Made by a program: the position numbers and the translations under genes. Positions 21,701 through 29,061 of a stretch of DNA of 64,000 bases are shown piece after piece. Numbering within the stretch: position 1 is the stretch's first letter; the number at the start of each line of letters is the position of its first letter. This DNA is from an uncultured Planctomycetota bacterium (GTDB taxonomy: Bacteria > Planctomycetota > Planctomycetia > Isosphaerales > Isosphaeraceae): the NCBI GenBank assembly GCA_963823665.1, contig CAWGMQ010000005.1:1824001-1888000 (forward strand), in the 5' to 3' direction. The notes under the pieces are model-generated. The model saw nothing but the letters and a program-made list of their open reading frames with translations, ran no database searches and was not told the DNA's origin.

Positions 21701-22273
21701 GTCGCGGTGAATGACTCCCTTGGCGTGGACATACGCCATCGCCTGCGACACGTGCAGAGCAATGCCCAGCAAGCGAGGACGATCGGCCGAGGGGTCGGTT
21801 CGCTCGCCGAGAATCGCCGTGAGCGTCTGCCCTTTCACCAGCTTCATCGTGAAAAAGGGCCGGTCGCCGAACCGGCCGATGTCGTAGATCGGCACCACGC
21901 CCGGGTGCTGAAGTTGCCCGCCGATCTGGGCTTCTTCAATGAACCGCCGCGCGACGTCGGGCCGATTGGCGTATTTCTCCAGCAGCACCTTCACCGCCAG
22001 AGCACGCCCCAGGTCGACGTCACGACCACGCAGCACGGCCCCCATGCCGCCGCGCGCGATCTCGCCATCGAAGCGATACCGATCGCCGGCCTGTTCTTTC
22101 AGAGGAATGGCGTCGGACGTCGGTTTGACGACCAGCGAGCTTTCGCCTTCGGCTTCCTTGAGCAGCACCGGCCGCACATGGCCGACGCTGGAGCGTGGCG
22201 GGCCCGAGTTCTTGCCGAAGGCGGCCGCCAGGCCCACCTCCAGCGAGTCGGCGGCGAGGGCGCCCAAGTCCAT
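18434..22273 (-). CDS. Ser/Thr protein kinase with transmembrane segment and TPR repeats; chimeric C-terminus
   Basis: GEIARGGMGAV, AVK, HRDLKPAN, DWG, GTPAYMAPEQ; repeated EAIACYRKAIELDP. Confidence 0.93.
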   Translation of the reverse strand: MDLGALAADSLEVGLAAAFGKNSGPPRSSVGHVRPVLLKEAEGESSLVVKPTSDAIPLKEQAGDRYRFDGEIARGGMGAVLRGRDVDLGRALAVKVLLEKYANRPDVARRFIEEAQIGGQLQHPGVVPIYDIGRFGDRPFFTMKLVKGQTLTAILGERTDPSADRPRLLGIALHVSQAMAYVHAKGVIHRDLKPANIMVGAFGEVQVMDWGLAKVLAEGGIHDEERAIRALQEPQETVIRTARSTGFHGSFGTDTEAGSILGTPAYMAPEQASGDIAHLNRRADVFGLGAILCEILTGKAPYVGRSSEEVRRKAANGDLADATARLDGCGADAELIALTKKCLSPDAIDRLRDAQAVADGLSDYLAGVQERLQQAERERAVAEAKAVEERRRRRVQLALAASILAFTALGGLSTTYFLQQRAEGARLRVEQAAAVDRIVGQAVTLRDQAKGNPEDVARWQVALAAVKQAEAAGDEAAAPRLLALREEIQAGLDAAQRDKTLLDRLVDIRSAEADDQDGSISDRDYADAFREAGIDVARLSPAEAGARIKARPPSVATALASALDDWESVRRDKRKDAAGAASQSQAAQIADPDPWRTDLRNALNEPDKAARLTRLQALEKKANYDALGPISLHLLGSGLIKADDPALAESVLRKTQERHPRDVWINYVLGQALEKLSRGDEAIRFYTAARAIRPETAHELAHSLGKRGDRDEAIAVFRDLRGLRRGNARHLGCLGEALKATGRTREAEEAFEAAIVAGREEVRLKPGSAYAHFALGRALKGKGQLDEAIAGYRKAIELDSKLAAPHINLGTALKDKGQVDEAIACYRKAIELDPKNATAQEKLGNALKDKSQWDEASACYRKAIELDPNFAIAHNNLGAILCDVKRDYDAAIVCFRKAVKLAPKQAAVHANLGTALQGKGQVDEAIACYKKGIELDPTFAVARTLLANAQLMAAVQDKLLVFLKGQFQPTTSDERLGLGNWCENKKLHHAATSLYAAAFAADPKPGDDLNAGHRYAAARFASLAAAGLGEDAAKLDNAERTRLRKQALEWLRADLALRTKQLESGKPADRAAVQQTVRGWQKDTDLAGIRDAAALANLSGEEQKACSQLWTDVAALLKKANAPQSLGSLLQQLPEARKALPKESPQLAGLLAQIGLGLLEQKKWTEAEPHLEAANRSLNMSKVAFLGLGAMGSRMWNPHLIRDAESMLTDNFETQFPVRLLEKDLGYTVQTGGGEASMPTVSAVRSIFRRAIDENFGNLNVTAIARLFSVQPPSALPSC

Positions 22274-22329
22274 CGTCGGATTTCTTGTCTCGCCCGCGCC
22301 GGTCCGGCCGGCTCCGGAATCATCCTTGG

Positions 22330-22740
22330 CAGCTGCAACCGACCGGCCTCGGCCATGATCGCCTGCGCCCAGGTCCGGTCAAAGAGGCGGGATTGGCTGG
22401 CGTCATCCGTCGCGAATTCCGGTAACGGGTCGGCGGCGCGGACAGGCCGGCTCTCGAAGCGGCGGGAGATGTTGCGGATGACCCCGTAGAGGAATGCGCG
22501 GAAGCCCGGGACCCGACCTGGCCCCGCGGCGTCCAGCGCGCCCCCGTGGCGGAAACACTCAACGAAGACAGCCTGGGTGGCGTCGTCGAGTTCCTCGCGC
22601 AACGCCGTCCCACGCCAGCGTGCGGCGAGATAAGAGCGAACGATGCCCAGATACCGCCGCGCCAATTCCTCGCGTTCGACCGGGTCGCCAGCCGCGGCGG
22701 CGCGGATCATCGTCCAGCAGGTGGATTCGGAGGTCGGCAC
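22330..22740 (-). pseudogene. ECF sigma factor lacking region 4
   Basis: STCWTMIRAAAAG...DDATQAVFVECF...FRAFLYGVIRN...FDRTWAQAIMAEA; similarity ends near 22330 with no region-4 HTH. Confidence 0.75.
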
Positions 22741-22999
22741 GGTCTTCCTTGTTCAAGCCCGGACCAGATGCAGGTCACTGGTTCTTCCAGGCGGTTCAGA
22801 GTTCAAAATGCTTCGACGGAAGAGAACAAGGAAGGAGCCGCTGTTTGGTGGCGCTCTCCAATGAGTTGGAAACTGGCTCTGATTTCGCGATCTGTCTCAT
22901 CTCATCGCCGCCCTTCAAACGATCGTGTTCCCGGGAACAAGACAGAGAGATAAAAGGTCTCATCGACGTGCTGGCAACAAAGCGATCCATCCGCACGCG

Positions 23000-23494
23000 T
23001 TAGAACTGCTGCTCCCGAAACTGCTTCACCGCGAGCGTGCCGAGGACGATAAACGCAACCAGCGAAACGATCTGAACGATCATGAAAGGCGGCTCGCTTT
23101 GATTCGGGGCCAAGGCGTGCAGTGCCGGAACCTTCAAGAAGGACTGGATGATCAGCACGATGAAGTTGAGGTAGAAGGCGAACACCGCACCGATCACGAA
23201 TACCCGGCGCCAAATGCCTGCGAGGTGCCGAGGGTAGCGGGCGTAGATCACCGCAGCCAGGACGACCAGCGAGATGATGCCGAACGCGATGCCCGGCGTC
23301 ATGCCATTGATGGGGAAGCCGAAGCCGGTCACGCTGGTCAAAATGGTCGTCGCCAGGAAGAAAGCCGTGCAGCCATTCAGTTGCTTGTTCGCGATCATCG
23401 CGAACACGACGACGAACCCCGAGGCGATCGCGACCAGGCTGAAGGCGACGTGGACGATCGTGAAGGCCGGAAGGAAGAAAGTGGGAATAAGCAT
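23000..23494 (-). CDS. Hypothetical integral membrane protein (about 5 TM)
   Basis: FTIVHVAFSLVAIASG, TSVTGFGFP, QSFLKVPALHALAP.QSEPPF. Confidence 0.85.
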   Translation of the reverse strand: MLIPTFFLPAFTIVHVAFSLVAIASGFVVVFAMIANKQLNGCTAFFLATTILTSVTGFGFPINGMTPGIAFGIISLVVLAAVIYARYPRHLAGIWRRVFVIGAVFAFYLNFIVLIIQSFLKVPALHALAPNQSEPPFMIVQIVSLVAFIVLGTLAVKQFREQQF

Positions 23495-23882
23495 GTTTAC
23501 GAATCCAATTGAGTTATGTCTGTCACGGAGATAGGACGATGTTTGCGGCGAGGTGTCGGACGATCTCCGGCACGCTCAATTCCTCGACGTCGTCCAACCC
23601 TTCCCGCGTCGAGCGTCAGTGAAACCGTTCAATATCTTCTCTCAGATGAGCTATAAAGCAAGGCGTGAGGCGAGGAGGCGCCAACCGGCATATGCCAATT
23701 CTTGGGTGTCTCCCATTCGGAACGTCAACTATGGAGCACCGAGAACCATCAGTTTCGGTTTTTACAGAAATGGAATTCGAACGACCGTCTTCTAGAACCA
23801 GATCATTGGCCCTGGTTTAATACGTGCCGTGCCCAAGCCCATCCGCTTGAGGCTGACAAATCCCAACGCGAGCGAGAACCCG

Positions 23883-24554
23883 ATGGACGATTTACTAAGA
23901 CTAAGGAAAGACCTTAATGACCGATTGCGAGAGACGGAGCTCGTGCACTCGGCCCTCGAAAAGGCAAGCGACGTCCGGGACAAAGATAGGCTCAGCGGGC
24001 GATATCAGGTCTACCTGTCACGGGTCGCGGCTCAGTACGCGCCGCACAGCCCAATCGTCATGGCGCTGGCAGCCAGCCGTTGCTTGTCTACCCACCCTGA
24101 GCTCGCGCGCTATCTTCTTCACCACGCGAGCGAAGAGCAAGGGCATGATCTATGGGCCTATCAAGACCTGAAGGCACTCGGAATGACGGATACGGAGATT
24201 CGTGCCGCCTACCCCGTGCCCTCGTGCACAGCCATGATCGGCTACACTTATTACCTGGCTGGCCACTCCAATCCCATCGGTCTTTTCGGATGGATGTATA
24301 TCCTGGAAGCGGTTGGCGACGATCTTGGTCGGGAAGCCGCCCAGGGAATCCGTACGAACCTCGGCCTGGTGAAAGACGGGGTTGAGTTCGTGGCTGGTCA
24401 CGGCGAAGCCGATCGAGTTCATATTGTTGAACTGGAAGAGCAGATCACCAAGTACGCGATCAAGGACCCGGATCGCGTCGCCGTGCTCCGTGCCGCCGAA
24501 GTCTCTTGCAGGCTCTATCTACGAATGTTCCAGGAGGTTGACTCCGAGGCGTAA
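23883..24554 (+). CDS. Heme-oxygenase-like iron-containing redox enzyme (HDO superfamily)
   Basis: HHASEEQGHD, YILE and HGEADRVH form a plausible di-metal ligand set. Confidence 0.8.
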   Translation: MDDLLRLRKDLNDRLRETELVHSALEKASDVRDKDRLSGRYQVYLSRVAAQYAPHSPIVMALAASRCLSTHPELARYLLHHASEEQGHDLWAYQDLKALGMTDTEIRAAYPVPSCTAMIGYTYYLAGHSNPIGLFGWMYILEAVGDDLGREAAQGIRTNLGLVKDGVEFVAGHGEADRVHIVELEEQITKYAIKDPDRVAVLRAAEVSCRLYLRMFQEVDSEA

Positions 24555-24556
24555 CC

Positions 24557-25216
24557 ATGGGATTGGAGGTCGTGCGACTGAATCCCGGCGCAGAATGTGA
24601 ACCCCTCTATCGCTTCCGATATGAAGTCTACGTCGAGGAGCAGGGCTTGAAGCCCCGCGACGCTAATCAACGGACGCGCACGATCCACGACGGCCTGGAT
24701 GATTGCAGTATCCAGTACGCAGCATTTTCCGAAGGCCGTGTCATCGCATCATTGCGGGCGACTCTTCTCAGCGACGTCCAGGCTCCCGAGGCGCTCATCG
24801 AGAGATTCGGGATGACCGAGGCTATCCGGCGATTCGGGATACGCTCGATCTGCACGACCAGCCGGTTCATCATTGCACGCGATCACCGGAGGTCCCGGCT
24901 AAGCCTTCATTTGATGGATGCGGCGTACTGCGACGCTCGAGAGCGAGGTCTCCGGCTGAACTTTGGAGACTGTAGTCCCCATTTGGTCGGTTTCTATGAG
25001 CATATGGGATACCGGACGTACGCTCCGATTTTTGTCGATGACGACTACGGGGTAAAAACACCGCTTCTGATGATGTTCGGCGATCAAGAACAATTTCGCC
25101 GGGTCAGGTCACCCCTAAGGCGAACTGCCGTCCGCTACCAAGACGACACGGAAGCCAGGGTGTGGTTCGAAGCGGTTTATCCCGCCTCGTGCGAAACAGG
25201 GGAACCAACAGATTGA
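24557..25216 (+). CDS. GNAT-fold N-acyltransferase, FeeM/LuxI-like
   Basis: YRFRYEVYVEE, D.LD, SRF.I...HR, LVGFYEHMGY; starts 2 nt after the upstream stop. Confidence 0.75.
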   Translation: MGLEVVRLNPGAECEPLYRFRYEVYVEEQGLKPRDANQRTRTIHDGLDDCSIQYAAFSEGRVIASLRATLLSDVQAPEALIERFGMTEAIRRFGIRSICTTSRFIIARDHRRSRLSLHLMDAAYCDARERGLRLNFGDCSPHLVGFYEHMGYRTYAPIFVDDDYGVKTPLLMMFGDQEQFRRVRSPLRRTAVRYQDDTEARVWFEAVYPASCETGEPTD

Positions 25217-25233
25217 CCTGCCTGGCGCTGATG

Positions 25234-25647
25234 TTAGCCTGCCGTGTTCCGCCAGCCAAGTCCGTTGCATTCTCCGCAAATAACGCCGCTTCGGCGGTCT
25301 GATTCGCCGATGCGAAATCGGCCGGTTCCCGCGCACCACTGGCAATCTGGGGTTTCGAAGGGACGTACCGGCAGGAGAGGCCGAAGTTCCGGGTACGTCT
25401 CGGCCCCTACCACAACCGCGATCAGCCGCCAGACTGGGTTGGACTCGGGTGCTGGCGCTCCGAGTGAGTCCCAGGGAAAACAGAGAATCTCGCCGTCGGG
25501 ACGAAGTAGTAATGTAGCGCCGATGCCCGCGTAGACGGGCAGCGCACCGCTTGTGCGAACGACCTCAACCAACTCCACATGGGTAGGCGCGACGAGCCAC
25601 TGCTTCGTGAGGTGCTCAATCACATTCCTCAGGTCCGGCGCCGCCAT
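25234..25647 (-). CDS. Hypothetical protein with C-terminal CxxCxGxG zinc ribbon
   Basis: CQWCAGTG...CGECNGLGW. Confidence 0.75.
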   Translation of the reverse strand: MAAPDLRNVIEHLTKQWLVAPTHVELVEVVRTSGALPVYAGIGATLLLRPDGEILCFPWDSLGAPAPESNPVWRLIAVVVGAETYPELRPLLPVRPFETPDCQWCAGTGRFRIGESDRRSGVICGECNGLGWRNTAG

Positions 25648-25658
25648 GATGCGCTGCC

Positions 25659-26066
25659 TCATTGTTTCCCGGGCTCATTGCGTGGAGTGTTTGGTTCGAC
25701 TGCGCCGCCGGGGAAATAAGCGATCGTTACCCACGTTGCCAGCACAATCAACGTCAGCAGCATGATCCAGAAGCGACTCAAGAGGTTATCAATATCGATC
25801 CAATTCGCCACGTCTCTGGTCACGGGCACGTTGAAATCGGAAAGAGAGGCATCAGGCGGCAGGCCGGCCAGATCACGAACCTGTTGCATGAAGCCGGCAA
25901 CCTTGTTCGCTGCCAATCGCCGCAGGAACACAAGCAAAGCCAATGCGGGCGCGACGATCGCGACAAGGATCATCCACTGGCGTGTCGTCATGTGAAGCAA
26001 TCTCATAAGCCACGGTTCCCGGCAGTGATCTTCCCTTGGGTTCTGCATTCGCTCGCCATCTGCCAT
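25659..26066 (-). CDS. Small two-TM hypothetical protein with planctomycete 'MTTRxWM' leader
   Basis: MTTRQWMILVAIVA; second hydrophobic segment; start uncertain. Confidence 0.6.
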   Translation of the reverse strand: MADGERMQNPREDHCREPWLMRLLHMTTRQWMILVAIVAPALALLVFLRRLAANKVAGFMQQVRDLAGLPPDASLSDFNVPVTRDVANWIDIDNLLSRFWIMLLTLIVLATWVTIAYFPGGAVEPNTPRNEPGKQ

Positions 26067-26079
26067 CCCATCAGTTCAT

Positions 26080-26289
26080 TCATTTCTTCTGCTTCGTCTG
26101 GGCCGGCTTGTCCGCGATTTCAATGAACCCCAATGAATAATGCTCAGCCATCACTTCGTTCGCTTGGGCCAATCGGGCTTCCAGCACCGCTTCGCGGTGA
26201 GCCGCGCGCCATCGTTCGCCTACGAGGGCGAAGATCAACGCAGCGATCACGACCAGAAGTATGAGCGTACTGAGTCGAAATCGTTTCAT
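26080..26289 (-). CDS. Small membrane-anchored hypothetical protein ('RFRLSTL' leader)
   Basis: MKRFRLSTLILLVVIAAL; GAGG RBS. Confidence 0.65.
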   Translation of the reverse strand: MKRFRLSTLILLVVIAALIFALVGERWRAAHREAVLEARLAQANEVMAEHYSLGFIEIADKPAQTKQKK

Positions 26290-26661
26290 AGCGTTGCCTC
26301 AAGGCGCACTTCTCATGCTCGATCCTCACCGCTGCGACCGTGGTTGTCCGTTGAAGACGGCCTGGAGAAGCTCGAAATCGACGCCCCTGATTCTCCCGTG
26401 ATCGTCGCGATGGTTCAATTGGGGGAAATCATGATCGCAGGCGACCTCACGACTGCCGTTGCCGGAGAGGAAAGAAGCCCAGTGATCGCGCTTCTTCCGC
26501 GAAAGGATGCCCATCGTCGTCCTCGGCTGAACGAGCAGCACTACGGCTATATTGTACACAGGGATTACGATAGTTTATCCAACGCGTTCTTCCCGGTGGT
26601 GTTCAACGAGACGTGTCCTTCCAGAGCCGAGGACTAAAGATTGTCGTACGGAGGCATCACC

Positions 26662-28905
26662 ATGGCGAGTTCATCGGCGGGCGAGATCGGCCGGCAGCTT
26701 GGCCGGCTCTTCGGCGCGGGCATCAAGATGGCCGCGGCTGGTCTCTCCCTCATCCTGATGACTGCTGGCCCGGGATCCGTCCGACGGGATGCCCTCGCGG
26801 CGCCGCAACGGCCCGACCCCACCCCAGTCGCGGAAGTCCGACCCCCATCGACTCCGGTCGATCGCTTCGGTGATCCACTGCCGAAATACGCCCGCGCGCG
26901 CATGGGGACAGTCCGTTTCAACGAGGGCACTTTTGTGCGACAGGCCCTCTACACCCCCGATGGCAAATCTCTGGTCGCAGTCAATGGGAACGATGCCGTA
27001 CACGTCTGGGACGTAGCCACAGGACGGATCGCACGAACCATCGGCAATCCCGAGAGCCAGTTCCGAGAGATCGCGATTTCTGCCGACGGTAAGGCGATGG
27101 CGACAATCGAAGAAGTCCCGAGTCGGCTCCGGCTCTGGGACCTTGCCTCGGGCCAAGAGCGTCGGCGATGGCACGAGACGAGGGAAGTGGGCTACCATCA
27201 TCTGACCTTCTCTCCCGACGGTAAGACCGTGGCCGCAGCGACCACCTGGCATGATGAAGCCAGCAGGAAGAACGAAGTATTTATCCATCTCTGGGACACG
27301 ACCGCTCCGACAGAGCGCCGGCGCCGTATCGAAGGGAGCCGGCCCGACCTCTGGGACATCGCGTTCTCTCCCGACGGCAGCACGCTGGCCACGGCGAACC
27401 ACGATCAATCTGAGCGTGCCGGCGCGGATCGGGAGACGAGTGCGATCCAGCTCTGGGATATCGCCTCGGTACGGGAACTGAGGCGATTCCCGATCGAAGG
27501 CTTTGGCGTGCGCTCGGTCGCCTTCTCGCGGGATGGCAAGCGGCTGTTCGCCGGCGTCACCGACCGGACAATTCGGGTCTACGATTTGGCCACCGGCCGG
27601 GAGACCACCCCACGGCTGGGGCAGGAGCATGCGATCCCGCCCAGGGTGAAAGGGGGCGAAATTCCGGTCGCCAGGGAGGAGATCAACTGCCTGGAGTTTT
27701 CTCCCGATGGAACGATCCTCGCCTCGACCACACTCGCGACGGCGAGCGCGGGGCCGGGAGCACTGGCCGAGATCCATTTGTGGGATGTCGTCCACGGCAC
27801 GGAGTTGCGCCGGATCCCCGCGCATGGGCAGTGGATCATGTCGCTATCCTTCGCCCCCGACGGCAAGACGATCGCCTCGACCGGCGCGGAGCCGGTGATC
27901 CGGCTCTGGGACGTGGCCACCGGCCGCGCAGCATCGCCGCAGGCGGGCCATCGGTCGGGCGTCCACCGACTGATTATCTCGCCGGCCGACGGGACACTCT
28001 TCACGAGCGCCTACTCCGACGGCACCATCCGGCGGTGGGACTCCTCCACAGGGCGCGAGCTTGGCCTCGTCGCCGACTTCGTCGGCGTGATCTCTGGGCT
28101 CGCCATGTCTCCCGATGGCCAGACCTTGGTCGTGGCGGATAGCATGGGCCGGAAACTCTTGCTCTGGAGCGTGGCGGAACGGCGGGAGATTCGCCGGTTC
28201 CCTCGAGTTCCTGTGGCCGAGCATAACTACGTCGACTCCGCCGCCTTCTCTGCGGATGGAAAGATGGTCGCCGCTGAGCTTCGGGTATGGGACGTTGCCT
28301 CGGGCAAGGTACTGGCCACGTTCCGGGATCAAAAGGCCGCCAACGAATTCACGGCGAGCTCGATCCCCATCTTCCCGACCCCCGACGGCCAACAAGTGAT
28401 CACGGCTGAGAAAGAAGGGATTCGCATCTGGGAGATCAGCTCGGGCAAGGAGGTACGATGGGCCGTCCGGTCGAAGATCCACAACAGGATTGTGGCACTC
28501 TCCCCCGACGGCCGGCTCCTGGCAACAGGAGGAGTGGTCGTCCGGGATGAGGAACGGAGAGCGGTCGAATTCGATCCGGCGATCCGCCTCTGGGAACTCG
28601 CTTCAGGCAAGCAGGTTGCCACGTTGGAAGGCCACGAGGAGAGCACACGCGGCCTGGCTTTTTCCCCCGACGGCAAGCTCTTGGCCTCGTGCAGTGGGGG
28701 CTCGCAGACGATCAGCGATCAGACGGTCCGCGTCTGGGACCTCGCCACCGGCCGCGAGCGGCGGCGGTTCGAGGGGCATCGCGGAGTGGTCAACACCGTC
28801 GTCTTCACGCCCGACGGCCGCTCGATCGTCTCGGGCAGCGAGGACGCCACGGCCCTGGTCTGGGATGTTTCCGACTTGATCACACCCCCGAGGCCCGCGC
28901 GGTGA
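26662..28905 (+). CDS. WD40-repeat protein, apparently derived from an ECF-WD40 fusion that lost its sigma domains
   Basis: DRFGDPLP..ARARMGT.RF, many FSPDG/WD repeats; N-terminus RQLGRLFGAG|IKMAAAG; GGAGG RBS. Confidence 0.9.
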   Translation: MASSSAGEIGRQLGRLFGAGIKMAAAGLSLILMTAGPGSVRRDALAAPQRPDPTPVAEVRPPSTPVDRFGDPLPKYARARMGTVRFNEGTFVRQALYTPDGKSLVAVNGNDAVHVWDVATGRIARTIGNPESQFREIAISADGKAMATIEEVPSRLRLWDLASGQERRRWHETREVGYHHLTFSPDGKTVAAATTWHDEASRKNEVFIHLWDTTAPTERRRRIEGSRPDLWDIAFSPDGSTLATANHDQSERAGADRETSAIQLWDIASVRELRRFPIEGFGVRSVAFSRDGKRLFAGVTDRTIRVYDLATGRETTPRLGQEHAIPPRVKGGEIPVAREEINCLEFSPDGTILASTTLATASAGPGALAEIHLWDVVHGTELRRIPAHGQWIMSLSFAPDGKTIASTGAEPVIRLWDVATGRAASPQAGHRSGVHRLIISPADGTLFTSAYSDGTIRRWDSSTGRELGLVADFVGVISGLAMSPDGQTLVVADSMGRKLLLWSVAERREIRRFPRVPVAEHNYVDSAAFSADGKMVAAELRVWDVASGKVLATFRDQKAANEFTASSIPIFPTPDGQQVITAEKEGIRIWEISSGKEVRWAVRSKIHNRIVALSPDGRLLATGGVVVRDEERRAVEFDPAIRLWELASGKQVATLEGHEESTRGLAFSPDGKLLASCSGGSQTISDQTVRVWDLATGRERRRFEGHRGVVNTVVFTPDGRSIVSGSEDATALVWDVSDLITPPRPAR

Positions 28906-29061
28906 TCGAGCGACTGACCCAAGCCTGCGCATCGGTGCTCGCGGTGCCCCCGACGAATGTCAGAGAAGATCCTTGCCACTGATGTCCGTTGGCCCTACGA
29001 TGGGGGAGGGATGGCCCGGGCAGAGAATCACGCGGGCCGCGCCGCGCGAGGGCCTGAAGCG

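Noticed and set aside
26140..26637. 165-aa plus-strand ORF
   Set aside because: Overlaps a better-supported gene and has no motif or clear start; the 3' part could be a remnant but cannot be supported.
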